From NCBI GenBank assembly GCA_003220935.1, contig QHTT01000066.1, positions 90,990 to 154,989 of the forward strand: a stretch of 64,000 nt of DNA. Direction: 5' to 3'. Shown piece after piece: positions 18,175 through 28,520 of this stretch. The notes under the pieces are model-generated. The model was not told the origin of the DNA, ran no database searches, and worked only from the letters and a program-made list of their open reading frames with translations. Source of the stretch: Gemmatimonadota bacterium. Its GTDB lineage: Bacteria > Gemmatimonadota > Gemmatimonadetes > Gemmatimonadales > GWC2-71-9. Every line of letters begins with the position of its first letter. Position 1 is the first letter of the stretch. The position numbers and the translations under genes were made by a program.

Positions 18175-20284
18175 GCAGCTCGCGCATCGCCTGCGCGAGA
18201 TCCTCCACCTGTGGCAGGATGAAATCCTCGAGCGCAGGAGCGTAGCCGACGAAAGTGTCGGTCGACGCCACCCGCTTCACCGGGGCGTCGAGCCATGCGA
18301 AGCACTCGTCCGCGATCTTCGCGGCGATCTCGGCGCCATAGCCCCAGGACAGAGCATCCTCGTAGGCCACGAGCACCCGGCTCGTCTTCTGCAGCGACGC
18401 GGCGATCGTAGCGAAGTCCACTGGCGAGAGGCTGCGCAGATCGATCACCTCGCTGCTCACACCGTCCTTCTCCTCGAGCTCCTTGGCCGCGACGAGGGCG
18501 CGCTGCACCACGGCGCCGTAGGTCACCACGGTCAGGTCCTTCCCCTCCTTGACGACCTTCGCCTTGCCGAATGGGATCATGAAGTTCGGACCGGGGTTCG
18601 GCGCCTTGTTGTAGGTCTGGCGGTAGAGGTGCTTGTGCTCGAGGAAGAGGACGGGGTCGTCGCAGCGGATGGCGGTGCGGAGCAGGCCGTTCGCGTCCAG
18701 CGCCGTGCTGGGACACACGACCCGCAGCCCCGGGATGGCGGTGAAGACAACGGCCCCCGTCTGCGAATGGTACAGGGCGCCGCCCTTCAGGTAGCCGCCG
18801 TACGTCACTCGCACGACGGCCGGGGCGCTGAACGCGTTGCTCGAGCGCCACCGCAGCGTGGCGAGCTCGTTGCGGAGCTGGTGGTAGGCGGGCCAGATAT
18901 AGTCGAAGAACTGGATCTCGACGATCGGTTTGAGCCCGCGGGTCGCGAGCCCGATCGCCCGGCCCACGATGTTGGCTTCGGCGAGTGGCGAGTTGTAGAC
19001 GCGCTCGCTCCCGAACTGGCGCTGCAGGCCCCAGGTGACCTTGAAGACCCCGCCCTTCCCCTTCACTTCCTTGAGGTTTTGCTCGCGGCTGGCGTCGGCC
19101 ACGTCTTCGCCGAAGACGACGATGCGCGGCTCGCGCGCCATCTCGTCCTTGAGGCATGCATTGAGCAGATCCACCATCGTGGTGGGATCGCCTGCGAACT
19201 GGGGGTCGTCCTCGGTGTCGAACTGTTCGGAGGTCGGGTCGACGTCCGGAGAGTACACGTAGCGCAGCGCCGATTCCGGTCGCGGCTGGGGAGAGGCGAG
19301 CGCCATGTCGGCCGCGACGCTGACTTCCTCGTCCACCTGCCGCCGGATCTGCTCGATCTCCGCCTCGGTGGCTACGCCTTCGACGATCAGGCGCTTGGGG
19401 AAGGTGAGCGTGCAGTCGCGTTTCGCTTCTTCCTCGCGCTCCTTCGGCGGCTTGTACAGGACCTCGTCGTCCGAGAGCGAGTGCGAGTAGGGCCGGATGA
19501 CGTGCGCATGGACGAGCGCAGGCCCCGTGCGCTGGCGGCAGTATTCGGCCGCCCGCACGAGCACTTCATAGGAGGCGACCGGGTCACAGCCGTCCACTTC
19601 CTCGACGAGCAGATCGGGGAAATTGCGGACGAGCTTCGACACCGAGCCGCCCGCCGTTTGCACCTCGACCGGCACCGAGATCGCGTATTTGTTGTCCTCG
19701 ACGAGGAACAGCACCGGCAGCTTGAGATTGGACGCGGTGTTGAGCGCCTCCCAGAATTCGCCCTCGCTCGTCGTGCCGTCGCCGACCGAGACGTAGACCA
19801 GCTCGTCGCCCTGGATCGGCTTGTCGGTGATGTCGGCGATGCGGGCGTAGCGCAGCCACGCCTCGGCGCAGCCCACCGCCTGCAGGAGCTGCGTGCCCGT
19901 CGGGCTCGACTGGCTGACGATGTTGAGCGCCTTGTGGCCCCAATGGGACGGCATCTGTCGACCACCCGAGTTAGGATCCTCCGCCGCTCCCACCGCCGAG
20001 AGCAGCATCTCCGTCGGGGTCATGCCGAGCGTGAGGCAGAGCGCGCGATCGCGATAGTACGGATAGAACCAGTCGTAGGCGGGACGGAGCACTCTCCCCG
20101 CTGCCGCGAGCACGGCTTCGTGGCCCGCGCCCGAGATCTGGAAGAAGATCTTGTTCTGCCGCTTGAGCTGGATCTCCTTGTCGTCGAGCCGGCGAGACAG
20201 CAGCATCACCCGGTAGATATCGAGGAGATCCGCTTTCGAGAGGACCTTAGCGGCCTTGGCTCTGGGGTGGGTCCGGGTCGCCAT
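18164..20284 (-). CDS. Fused 2-oxoacid dehydrogenase E1 component (alpha + beta subunits, TPP-dependent)
   Basis: 706 aa. E1-alpha part ([17 protein letters not shown]) is followed by a transketolase-like E1-beta part ([10 protein letters not shown]...GGVFKVT...[11 protein letters not shown]). Its stop region overlaps the downstream gene start by 11 nt. Confidence 0.9.
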   Translation of the reverse strand: MATRTHPRAKAAKVLSKADLLDIYRVMLLSRRLDDKEIQLKRQNKIFFQISGAGHEAVLAAAGRVLRPAYDWFYPYYRDRALCLTLGMTPTEMLLSAVGAAEDPNSGGRQMPSHWGHKALNIVSQSSPTGTQLLQAVGCAEAWLRYARIADITDKPIQGDELVYVSVGDGTTSEGEFWEALNTASNLKLPVLFLVEDNKYAISVPVEVQTAGGSVSKLVRNFPDLLVEEVDGCDPVASYEVLVRAAEYCRQRTGPALVHAHVIRPYSHSLSDDEVLYKPPKEREEEAKRDCTLTFPKRLIVEGVATEAEIEQIRRQVDEEVSVAADMALASPQPRPESALRYVYSPDVDPTSEQFDTEDDPQFAGDPTTMVDLLNACLKDEMAREPRIVVFGEDVADASREQNLKEVKGKGGVFKVTWGLQRQFGSERVYNSPLAEANIVGRAIGLATRGLKPIVEIQFFDYIWPAYHQLRNELATLRWRSSNAFSAPAVVRVTYGGYLKGGALYHSQTGAVVFTAIPGLRVVCPSTALDANGLLRTAIRCDDPVLFLEHKHLYRQTYNKAPNPGPNFMIPFGKAKVVKEGKDLTVVTYGAVVQRALVAAKELEEKDGVSSEVIDLRSLSPVDFATIAASLQKTSRVLVAYEDALSWGYGAEIAAKIADECFAWLDAPVKRVASTDTFVGYAPALEDFILPQVEDLAQAMRELHAF

Positions 20285-20321
20285 GGGGTGAAAGATAGCG
20301 CCGCCATGGCATCCGCACGAC

Positions 20322-22652
20322 TCACCACCGCTCCGTCTTCACGTCCGCCAGAACCCCGTGCAGGTCGTTGAACAGGACCTCTTTCGGCTCCGCGGGAAGG
20401 AGCGGACTCTGGTACTCCGTCCGATCTCCCCGGACCCCGATGCGGAAGTGTGCAAAGCGGTTGTTCCCCAGGTCCGCCGACACGAGAACGAACATCTGGA
20501 AGTCGCTCGGCACGTGCTCCTGCGTCACCCGAAGGCGGATCGTGTACTTCCCGCCCCCGGCGGGCTGGCTGGTCCACGCCACGTGATAGGTGGGAATGGC
20601 CGTGCCCTTTACCCACTCGTCGAAGAACCAGTCCATCGGAACGCCGGCGTGACGCTCGACGACACCGCGAAAGTCGTCGGTGGTCGCCGGCTTCCCCCGG
20701 TACGACTGATAGAAGTCGCGCATGGTCTCGAGGAAACGATCCTGCTTCATCGTGCTGAGGTCGAGCATCAAGATGCGCAGCATGTGAAAGACCCAGGCGC
20801 CCTTCTCGTAGATCACCACGTCGTACCCGCGTCGCACGCTCGGCGTGGCGGTGCGGTAGCCGATCCAGATCGGGCCCGCATCGTCCTTTTCGTCCTTGAT
20901 GTCGGCCTTGTATTGGTCGAGAAACTTGAAGTACTCGTCGTTGCGCTTGCGCTCGCTCTGGAGATACCAGAGAGCGGAGAACGAGGCCAGCCCCTCGCTC
21001 AGCCAGGCGTCGCGATACGAGCCGGGGTGGACGCCGTTGCCCCACCACTGATGGGCGACCTCGTGCGCTCGGAAGAACTCGTCGAAGCCGTCGAGCGAGG
21101 TGTTCTGAAAGGTCGACCAGGACAAATCGATCATTCCCGGAAAGGATACGCCCTCATCGTACGGGATCTCCGTGACATAGAAGTGACGGTAGGGACACTC
21201 GCCAAAGAGATTCGTGAACAGCTTCAGGCTGTTCGAGACATCCGCCGCCACGTTCTCTCGCATGCGCTTCTGCTGCGGGATCATGTAGCCCCGCGCCAGG
21301 AGCTCGCGCGCGAGTTGGCGATGGGCGTCCTCGGAGAGGAGCACATCCAGGGCGGGCGCGTCCGGTTGCGCCACGTGGTAGCTCTGGAACACGCCGAGGT
21401 TGAACGTGGCGAAGGGTGTCGGGAGCCGCGTGAGCCAGTGCGTGGTCAGCACCTTGTCGGCCACGGTGGAGTCGGTGCGCTCGCCCACGCTGACGAGCGG
21501 ATACCAGGGGGGGCTGTGATACGTGAGGTCGAACGTCGCGAGGTTCTCGCCCTGCCGGTTCACGGGATACCACCACGCGCCGGGGTCGATGAAGAACCAG
21601 TCGCCGTGCCGATCGATCAGGCCGCCGGCAGCGCTGTGATAGAACAGCCTCAGCGCCGCGGAGTCGCCCGCCTGCAGCCGGCGGCCCGCCCGTACCCACA
21701 GGTCGTCGCTGTCCTTAGCCTTGAACACCGTGGCAGTCTCGCCGGTGCTCCAGCGCGCCGAGTCCACGAGGAGCTTCGGGTGAAGCCCGAACAGGAGCCA
21801 CGGTCCGACGGGCTCGACGGCCGTCAGCGAGAGCGTGGCGCTCGCGGCGAAATCGAGGTTCGCACCCGCCGTTGGGGTGAGCTGAACATCCATGCGATAG
21901 CTCGGCACGCCGAGCTGCTCGCGATACCTCCAGGACCCGCCCGTGCCGCTTAAGGGCCGCTGCAGAGGGGACTGCGTGACGACAGCCCAACTGCTCCCCC
22001 AGCGGAGGCGGCTTACCGGACGGTACAGGCGCACCGCCTCACTCTCCTCCGGGTTGATCTGGAAGAGAACCGCCCCACCCTGAGCGCGCTCCACGCGCGC
22101 CAGAAAGAACCCGCTCGGCTCGCCGCTGAGGAGCGGGCCGATCACATCGCTGCTGAAGGCCCCATCGTTGCTCCCCTTGAGGGTGCCGATCAGGTCGTGC
22201 ACGTGGTCGCCGACCTCTCCCGGAATTTCGGCCCGCCGGAATGCCAGCGCGCCGAGTTGTTCGGCGGTCGAGTCCGAGAAGATGAGAATCGCTTCAGTGA
22301 GGGTATCCTCGAGCACGGGAGATCCGGCGAACCGCTGCAGCTCGGCTCGCTCGGCGGGAGTATCGGGCGCGAACCCGAACCGGCCCTCGCCCCGAAACAG
22401 CGCAGCTACCGTCCGGCCGCCGACAGGCGTGAGCAGATACAGCGTCCCGCGCTCCAGGATGAGCCGGCCGACGTCACGGCTGAGCACGAGGTGATTGACC
22501 TCAGCCACGCGCCCAGGCAGCGGCGCGAGGTTGCTGATCTCTTGGTATCGCTCCAGGTAGGTCGCCGCCGGGGAATGCACATCGGACGCCGCATTCTGGC
22601 CGAAGAGGCGAGCGGGAACGAGCGCCAGCGCCCAAAGGGGAAGACGGGCCAT
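20322..22652 (-). CDS. Secreted M1-family metallopeptidase (aminopeptidase N-like)
   Basis: 776 aa with signal peptide [18 protein letters not shown]. Zinc motif [10 protein letters not shown] followed by WLSEGLASF. Confidence 0.88.
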   Translation of the reverse strand: MARLPLWALALVPARLFGQNAASDVHSPAATYLERYQEISNLAPLPGRVAEVNHLVLSRDVGRLILERGTLYLLTPVGGRTVAALFRGEGRFGFAPDTPAERAELQRFAGSPVLEDTLTEAILIFSDSTAEQLGALAFRRAEIPGEVGDHVHDLIGTLKGSNDGAFSSDVIGPLLSGEPSGFFLARVERAQGGAVLFQINPEESEAVRLYRPVSRLRWGSSWAVVTQSPLQRPLSGTGGSWRYREQLGVPSYRMDVQLTPTAGANLDFAASATLSLTAVEPVGPWLLFGLHPKLLVDSARWSTGETATVFKAKDSDDLWVRAGRRLQAGDSAALRLFYHSAAGGLIDRHGDWFFIDPGAWWYPVNRQGENLATFDLTYHSPPWYPLVSVGERTDSTVADKVLTTHWLTRLPTPFATFNLGVFQSYHVAQPDAPALDVLLSEDAHRQLARELLARGYMIPQQKRMRENVAADVSNSLKLFTNLFGECPYRHFYVTEIPYDEGVSFPGMIDLSWSTFQNTSLDGFDEFFRAHEVAHQWWGNGVHPGSYRDAWLSEGLASFSALWYLQSERKRNDEYFKFLDQYKADIKDEKDDAGPIWIGYRTATPSVRRGYDVVIYEKGAWVFHMLRILMLDLSTMKQDRFLETMRDFYQSYRGKPATTDDFRGVVERHAGVPMDWFFDEWVKGTAIPTYHVAWTSQPAGGGKYTIRLRVTQEHVPSDFQMFVLVSADLGNNRFAHFRIGVRGDRTEYQSPLLPAEPKEVLFNDLHGVLADVKTERW

Positions 22653-22697
22653 GACGTCAAACTTGGCGCGCCGTTGGCCCGGGTCAATATTTCACCC

Positions 22698-23180
22698 ATG
22701 GACGAAGCCGCGAAGAAAACCGTCCTCCGGCACTTCCCCTATGGGCTCTACGCGCTCACGGTCAAGCACGGGGGCGACGAGCACGGTATGACGGCCAACT
22801 GGATCACCCAGGCATCCTTCGAGCCCCCGATGGTGGTCGTGGCCGTCGAGAACACGTCGAAGACGATCGGTATGATCCGCGACGCCCACCACTTCGCGGT
22901 CAATGTGTTTCTGCAAGGGCAGCGCGAGCTCGCTGGAAAGCTGGGGCGCGCCTCCGCCACGGCCCCCCAGAAGCTCAAGGGGATCAAGACGAAGCCGGCC
23001 CCGGTCTCGGGCGCACCGCTCCTCGCCGAGGCGCTGGGCTGGGTCGAGTGCCGCGTCGTCGCCACGCTCCCGGCCGGCGATCATACGCTGGTGCTTGGCG
23101 AAGTCGTCGAGGCAGGCGTGGAGCACGACGGCGGCCAGGCGCTGACCCTGCAAGAAGCCGGGTTCAAGTATTCGGGCTAG
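22698..23180 (+). CDS. Flavin reductase family protein (FMN-binding split barrel)
   Basis: 160 aa starting at ATG 22698. GMTANWITQASFEPPMVVVAV and HTLVLGEVVEA are typical of HpaC-like flavin reductases. The ORF-track upstream extension is antisense to the M1 gene. Confidence 0.8.
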   Translation: MDEAAKKTVLRHFPYGLYALTVKHGGDEHGMTANWITQASFEPPMVVVAVENTSKTIGMIRDAHHFAVNVFLQGQRELAGKLGRASATAPQKLKGIKTKPAPVSGAPLLAEALGWVECRVVATLPAGDHTLVLGEVVEAGVEHDGGQALTLQEAGFKYSG

Positions 23181-23184
23181 ATGC

Positions 23185-23199
23185 GGCGCGCTGCGCGCC
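23185..23199. terminator. 15-bp GC palindrome GGCGCGC-T-GCGCGCC between convergent genes
   Basis: Perfect 7-bp arms located in the 24-bp convergent spacer. Confidence 0.3.
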
Positions 23200-23204
23200 A
23201 GTCC

Positions 23205-24860
23205 CTATCTCCTCTCGTATACCACTTTCCCACCCACGATCGTGACCGCGACCCGGGCCGTGCTGATCGACTCCGGCGGCAGCGTGAACAGATTGCGGTC
23301 GATCACCACCACGTCCGCGTCGTAGCCGGGAGCGAGCGTGCCCCGCCTCTTGTCGGCGAACGTCGCATAGGCATTCCCCGCGGTATAGGCGCGCAGGGCC
23401 TCGCCCACCGTGATCCTCTGCTCAGGCACCCACCCGTTCGGATTCTTGCCGTCGAGGGTGCGGCGCGTGACCGCGGCGTAGATCCCCGAGATCGGGTCGA
23501 GCGGCGCGACGGTCCAGTCGGACCCGAACGCGAGCTTCGCCCCGGTATCGAGCAACGTGCGGAACGCATAGGTCGTCTTGATGCGCAGCGGGCCGATGCG
23601 CTGCTCGACCCAACGGCCGTCGTCGATGGCGTGATAAGGCTGCATCGAGGGAATCACACCCAGGGTGCCGAACAACGGAATGTCCTGCGGCCGCAGGTGC
23701 TGGGCGTGCTCCACGCGAAACCGGCGGTCCCGGGGCCCGTGTGCCTTGGTCACGCTGTCGTAGATCGACAAGATGAGCGCATTGGCGCGGTCGCCGATGG
23801 CGTGCACCGCCACTTGCAACCCCGCCGAGTCGGCGTTGCCGATCCACGTGGCGAGGTCCTGCGGCGGGTGCTGTAGCAAGCCGGCATAGCCCGTCGAGTC
23901 GGCGTACGGCTGGAAGAAGGCGGCGGTGCGCGCGCCCGCGGAGCCGTCCGCGAAGCCCTTCAGCCCGGCGATGCGGACCCAGTCGTCCCCCGGGCCCGCG
24001 CGCCGGACCGTGTCCGCGACGGCGCGCCACTGCTCGAGAGGCAAGTACAGGGCCACGCGCATGGTCAGGCGGCCCGCCTTTTCCAGGCGCCGGTAGGCCG
24101 CCACGTCCGCCCAGGACGCCGCCATATGCGCAGTGGCAGTAACGCCGAGTGACGCGGCGTGAGCGAGGGCGCGCGCCAGCGCCGAGTCCTGCTGCTCGGG
24201 AGACGGGTCAGGCTCGACCCGACCGATGAGATCGAGCGCCTGATCCTTGAAGATCCCGATGGGCTCGCCGGTCTTCGGGTCGCGCAGGATCTCACCGCCC
24301 GCTGGCGTGGGGGTGTCCTTGGTGATGCCGGCTGCTTTCATGGCAGCGGCGTTCGCGAGCGCCTCGTGGCCGTCCAGCCGACTGACGAAGACGGGGTTGC
24401 TGGGCGTCACCGAATCGATCCATTCGTGCCGCGGCAGCGGCTGGCCCGGCCAAAGCGTGTGGTCCCAATCACCACCGGTGATCCATTCCCCGGGCTTGAC
24501 GGTTCGCGCGTACTCCCGGAGACGCCGGATGAATTCCTGGGGCGTCGCGGCGTTTCGCAGATCGACCGACGCGAGCCGGAACCCGCCGCCAATGAAGTGC
24601 GTGTGGCCGTCTGCGAGACCGGGGATCACCAGCCCGCCGTGCGCGTGAATCACCTGGGTGCGCGAGCCGACGTAGCGGGCGATCGCGGCTGAGTCGCCGA
24701 CCGCGAGGATCTTGCCCGCCGCGATCGCCACGACGCCCGGCTGCGCAGCGCCAGAGGAGAGGCCGGTCCATACCATACCGCCGCGGATGACGATTTCCGC
24801 CGGCCGGCCGCACGCGGCGAGCGAAACGCACAACAGTCCCACCTGAACGTGTCGGCTCAT
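23205..24860 (-). CDS. Lipoprotein amidohydrolase-family metal-dependent hydrolase
   Basis: 551 aa. Lipobox in MSRHVQVGLLCVSLAAC, HxH metal motif GLADGHTHF, and amidohydrolase_3-like length and C-terminus. Confidence 0.85.
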   Translation of the reverse strand: MSRHVQVGLLCVSLAACGRPAEIVIRGGMVWTGLSSGAAQPGVVAIAAGKILAVGDSAAIARYVGSRTQVIHAHGGLVIPGLADGHTHFIGGGFRLASVDLRNAATPQEFIRRLREYARTVKPGEWITGGDWDHTLWPGQPLPRHEWIDSVTPSNPVFVSRLDGHEALANAAAMKAAGITKDTPTPAGGEILRDPKTGEPIGIFKDQALDLIGRVEPDPSPEQQDSALARALAHAASLGVTATAHMAASWADVAAYRRLEKAGRLTMRVALYLPLEQWRAVADTVRRAGPGDDWVRIAGLKGFADGSAGARTAAFFQPYADSTGYAGLLQHPPQDLATWIGNADSAGLQVAVHAIGDRANALILSIYDSVTKAHGPRDRRFRVEHAQHLRPQDIPLFGTLGVIPSMQPYHAIDDGRWVEQRIGPLRIKTTYAFRTLLDTGAKLAFGSDWTVAPLDPISGIYAAVTRRTLDGKNPNGWVPEQRITVGEALRAYTAGNAYATFADKRRGTLAPGYDADVVVIDRNLFTLPPESISTARVAVTIVGGKVVYERR

Positions 24861-24869
24861 GCGGTTCTC

Positions 24870-25142
24870 TCAGCGGAGTTTGGTGATGCGGCGGATCGTC
24901 TCCAACGCAGCGACGGGGTCGGCGCCGGCGCTCTTCCCAGCGCTTCCTTCAGCGACGGCGGGCGGGACGGCGAGGGCGTCGCGGATGTCGAGCAGCACCT
25001 CGAGCAAGAGCTGCTCGCGCTGGTAGGCAGCGTCGACATCGGCCATCCGCGTCTGGTCGCCGGCGGCCTTGGCGCGATCGTAGGCTTCGCGGTAGATCGA
25101 TTCGAGATTGCCGAGGATCCGCTCACGGGGCCGTGGACTCAT
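24870..25142 (-). CDS. Small hypothetical protein
   Basis: 90 aa with natural composition, ending 9 nt upstream of the amidohydrolase start. Confidence 0.55.
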   Translation of the reverse strand: MSPRPRERILGNLESIYREAYDRAKAAGDQTRMADVDAAYQREQLLLEVLLDIRDALAVPPAVAEGSAGKSAGADPVAALETIRRITKLR

Positions 25143-25168
25143 GGCGGGGAAAGATATAGCTTGGCGAC

Positions 25169-25699
25169 ATGAGCCTCAAAGGCAAGAACGTGCTCTTCTT
25201 CGCGGGTCCTCTGTACGAGGACCTCGAGCTGTGGTATCCAAAGATCCGCCTCGAGGAGGAAGGCGCGGCGACGGTGGTTGCGGGATTGGGAGAACGCACC
25301 TACCAGGGGAAACGCGGCTATCCCGTCACCGTGGACACCAACGTCGATCAAGTCGACGCGGCGGACTTCAACGGTCTGGTGATCCCCGGCGGGTTCGCGC
25401 CCGACCAGCTGCGCCGCTACGAGAAGGTCCTCGCGATCACCCGAGCGATTTTCCAGGCCGGGAAACCGCTCGCGTTCATCTGTCACGCCGGGTGGGTGCC
25501 GATTTCGGCGAAGATCCTGGACGGGAAGCGCGCGACGAGCGTGCGGGCGATCAAGGACGACATGGAGAACGCCGGCGTGATCTGGCAAGACGCCCCGGTG
25601 GTGGTGGACGGCAACCTGATCTCCTCGCGCACGCCCGCCGACCTGCCGCACTTCTGCCGCGCCCTGATCGCGGCCCTACGCCAGGGACCGCAGGACTAG
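25169..25699 (+). CDS. DJ-1/PfpI family protein (type 1 glutamine-amidotransferase-like)
   Basis: 176 aa. Nucleophile elbow AFICHAGW. GLVIPGGFAP is typical of PfpI-like proteins. Confidence 0.88.
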   Translation: MSLKGKNVLFFAGPLYEDLELWYPKIRLEEEGAATVVAGLGERTYQGKRGYPVTVDTNVDQVDAADFNGLVIPGGFAPDQLRRYEKVLAITRAIFQAGKPLAFICHAGWVPISAKILDGKRATSVRAIKDDMENAGVIWQDAPVVVDGNLISSRTPADLPHFCRALIAALRQGPQD

Positions 25700-26929
25700 G
25701 CCGCTCGGCACCTTCGGCACGAAGTAGGTGGACTTGGGCGGCATCACGTCTCCCGCATCCGCCACCGCGAACACCTGCTCCACCTTGGGGGGGTTGAGCA
25801 ATACTGCGGCCGCCGCCTTCCCGTTGCGCACCGCATCGAAGGCCGCCCTCGGGTCCGGGGTGTAGGCGAGCGTCGGCGTGGTCGTCCCCGCGCCCAGGAT
25901 GTACTGCACGACGAGCGCCTCGACGCGCGCCACGTCGAGTGCGCGGACCGCGGGCGTCCTGCCCAGCCCCGGGATGTGGTCGAGCCGCGCGTCTCTCTTC
26001 AACACCAGGGTCACGTCGTAGGCGCCGGGGAACGCGACGATGCACGCCGTGCGGTCGCGACCCAGCTCGGCGAGGCGTTCGATCCGGTCCATGCAGGGCG
26101 CCACGCGGCCCACGTCGAACCACTCGCGCCACCCCTCGATCAGGTTCGCGGCATCGCGGTCGGCACCGAATACGATGCGGTACGTCGCGAGGAGCGTGAG
26201 CCCGGGATCCGCAGCCGAAACGATGAACGAAAGCACCCGGTCGGCATGGGGATCCTCCACTGCGAAGGCGATCGCGGTCTCGTAGCGGTGATGGCCATCC
26301 GCGATGTACAGCTGCGCCCGGCCCGCCAGCGCCGCGAGCTCGCTTGCGCCTGCTCCGGTCACTCGCCACATGCGGATGCCTACGCCGTCCAGCTCGGCGT
26401 GCGCCGCCGGCGCGCGCCGCGCCGCCCGCGCGAGGGCCTGGGCGAGCGCGCGGTCGGCGTCGGGCGCGAGCAGGAAGATCGATTCGAGGCTGGTCCGCGT
26501 CGCCCGGAGCAGCGCGAGCCGGTCCGCCTTGGGGGCCGCGTGGGTCTGCTCGTGCGGCCGCACCCGCCGCGTCGCGAACGGCTCCGCCCGCACGGCGGCG
26601 AACATCCCGATTCGGGCACGGCGCTCGCCCGACGGAAGCCCGTAGTCCTGCGCGACGACGTACACCGCGTCTCCCGGGTCCGCCTGGAGCACACCGGCGT
26701 TCCGCCATCCCGCCAGGCGTTCGGCGGCGCCGGCGTATCGATCCGCATCCCCCGGCGCTTCCGGCAGGATGAGGTGGACGATATTGTGGGGGTCCCGCGC
26801 CGCGTAGCCCGCCCGCTCGGCGGGCGCGATGACGTCGTACGGCGGCGCGATCAGCGCGCTCAGCCGGTCCTGCGCCGCGTAGCGCTCGCCGCGGAACGGG
26901 ACCACGAGCGGTGGCAGATCGGCACTCAC
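25676..26929 (-). CDS. DUF1015 domain-containing protein
   Basis: Family-typical N-terminus PFRGERY...APPYDVI and HEQTH. GTG 26929 chosen as start, with GGGAGG 12 nt upstream. The ORF-track start 27079 would be antisense to the MazG-like gene. Confidence 0.75.
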   Translation of the reverse strand: MSADLPPLVVPFRGERYAAQDRLSALIAPPYDVIAPAERAGYAARDPHNIVHLILPEAPGDADRYAGAAERLAGWRNAGVLQADPGDAVYVVAQDYGLPSGERRARIGMFAAVRAEPFATRRVRPHEQTHAAPKADRLALLRATRTSLESIFLLAPDADRALAQALARAARRAPAAHAELDGVGIRMWRVTGAGASELAALAGRAQLYIADGHHRYETAIAFAVEDPHADRVLSFIVSAADPGLTLLATYRIVFGADRDAANLIEGWREWFDVGRVAPCMDRIERLAELGRDRTACIVAFPGAYDVTLVLKRDARLDHIPGLGRTPAVRALDVARVEALVVQYILGAGTTTPTLAYTPDPRAAFDAVRNGKAAAAVLLNPPKVEQVFAVADAGDVMPPKSTYFVPKVPSGLVLRSLA

Positions 26930-26947
26930 GCTTGCCTGGAGCCTCCC

Positions 26948-27268
26948 TTGTCCCTGCGCGAAACCCAGCAGACAGTCGATCGCTGGATCGGCCAATATAA
27001 GGAAGGATACTTCTCGCCGCTCACGAACGTCGTCCGCTTGATGGAAGAGGTGGGCGAGCTGGCGCGCGAGATCAACCACCGGTTTGGCGAGAAGACCAAG
27101 AAGCAGGACGAGGCGGAGGGCTCGGTAGCAATGGAGCTCGCCGATATCCTGTTCGTCGTCGTCTGCATCGCCAACTCACAGGGAATCGACCTCGATCAGG
27201 CGTTCGCGGCGATGATGCAGAAGGTGACGGTGCGCGACGCCCACCGCTGGACCGAGAAGACGGAGTAG
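26948..27268 (+). CDS. MazG-like nucleotide pyrophosphohydrolase (YpjD-like)
   Basis: 106 aa. TVDRWIGQYKEGYFSPL...EEVGELAREINHRFGEK...ELADILFVVVCIANSQGIDL closely follows the small MazG/YpjD pattern. TTG start with GGAG 6 nt upstream. Confidence 0.75.
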   Translation: MSLRETQQTVDRWIGQYKEGYFSPLTNVVRLMEEVGELAREINHRFGEKTKKQDEAEGSVAMELADILFVVVCIANSQGIDLDQAFAAMMQKVTVRDAHRWTEKTE

Positions 27269-28201
27269 TCACCTCGCGCGACGGCGGGCGCTGGACCAGG
27301 AGGGCACGCTGACTTCTTCGTAGATCCGCTGGTAGGAGACCAGCCGATCGGGGTCGAAGCGATCTTCCTCCGCTGCCCGCCGCACGGCGCAGTCCGGTTC
27401 CATGAGGTGGCGGCAGTTGTCGAAGCGGCACCCGTCGAGCAATAGGCGGAACTCGGGGAAGCAGCCGCCGAGGGCATCCGGGTCCACGCCCCAGGTCGCG
27501 ACTTCCCGCAGCCCCGGCGTGTCCACGACGAAACCGCGCCCCGCGAGCGGCACGAGCAGGGCGGCGCGCGTCGTGTGCTTCCCCTTCCCCCAGTACGAGC
27601 TGATCTCGCCGATCCGGAGGTTCAACCCGGGGTGGAGCGCGTTCATGAGACTCGACTTCCCTACCCCCGATGGGCCGGTGAGCACCGAGGCCCGGCCGCG
27701 CAGCAGGTCGCGCAGCGCGGGCAGCCCTTCCGCCGCCTGCACCGATGTCAACAGGATCTGATAGCCAGCCGGCCCGAACCGCCGCTGGAACACGTCCGCA
27801 GCGCGCCGCTCCAGCTCGATCTTGTTGAGCACGATGACCGCGGGGAGCCGGTTCGCCTCGGCGATGACGAGGAAGCGGTCGAGCATCCGCAAGTTGGGCT
27901 CGGGGTCGCGCGCCGACGCGACGACCACGACCTGGTCCACGTTCGCCGCGAGTGGCTGGACGCGGGGGCTACGCGCGCCGGCGGCGCGCCGCGCCAGCAC
28001 CGAGCGCCGCGGACGCACGCACGAGATCGTCGCGAGCCCATCCCGCTGCAGCTCGAGCTCCACGACGTCCCCGGCGACCACGCGGTCGTCCTCGCGCCGC
28101 CGCAGCTTGCCGCGCAGCACCGCCGTCACCTCGCCCCAATCGGTGTACACGCGGTAGGTGGCGCCGGTGCGCACCAGCACCACGCCGGTGTTCATGGCCA
28201 T
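27269..28201 (-). CDS. rsgA: Ribosome small-subunit-dependent GTPase A
   Basis: 310 aa circularly permuted GTPase: NKIEL (G4), GPSGVGKSSL (G1), DTPG (G3). C-terminal zinc motif CRFDNCRHLMEPDCAV. Confidence 0.93.
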   Translation of the reverse strand: MAMNTGVVLVRTGATYRVYTDWGEVTAVLRGKLRRREDDRVVAGDVVELELQRDGLATISCVRPRRSVLARRAAGARSPRVQPLAANVDQVVVVASARDPEPNLRMLDRFLVIAEANRLPAVIVLNKIELERRAADVFQRRFGPAGYQILLTSVQAAEGLPALRDLLRGRASVLTGPSGVGKSSLMNALHPGLNLRIGEISSYWGKGKHTTRAALLVPLAGRGFVVDTPGLREVATWGVDPDALGGCFPEFRLLLDGCRFDNCRHLMEPDCAVRRAAEEDRFDPDRLVSYQRIYEEVSVPSWSSARRRAR

Positions 28202-28491
28202 CGCGCGTCACCACCTTCCCTGCTCGCCGCCGCGATACAGCCGTCGAGATGCTGTTTCACGTCCTGGAGCGTCAGGGCGAGCACCGGTGCGAGCGCCTCG
28301 GCCGGCGTCTTCCCCCAGGCGAGGTATTCAGTTTCCAGGTGCCCCACGGGCCGGTCGCCTCCCTCGGACCAGCGCACGAACAGCAGCGCCGCCCCATACA
28401 GCCCCGTCGCGTTCGGCGCGTCGTCCACGAACGTGGCGACGGAGTACGCCCGGCCGTCCGCGCCGCCAAACGCGGGCGCCCGCTCGTGCAC
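28192..28491 (-). CDS. Hypothetical protein
   Basis: 99 aa with natural composition. Its stop region overlaps the rsgA start by 10 nt. Confidence 0.5.
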   Translation of the reverse strand: MHERAPAFGGADGRAYSVATFVDDAPNATGLYGAALLFVRWSEGGDRPVGHLETEYLAWGKTPAEALAPVLALTLQDVKQHLDGCIAAASREGGDARWP

Positions 28492-28520
28492 GCGCTGGTA
28501 GCCGCCCAGCGTGGCGTCAT

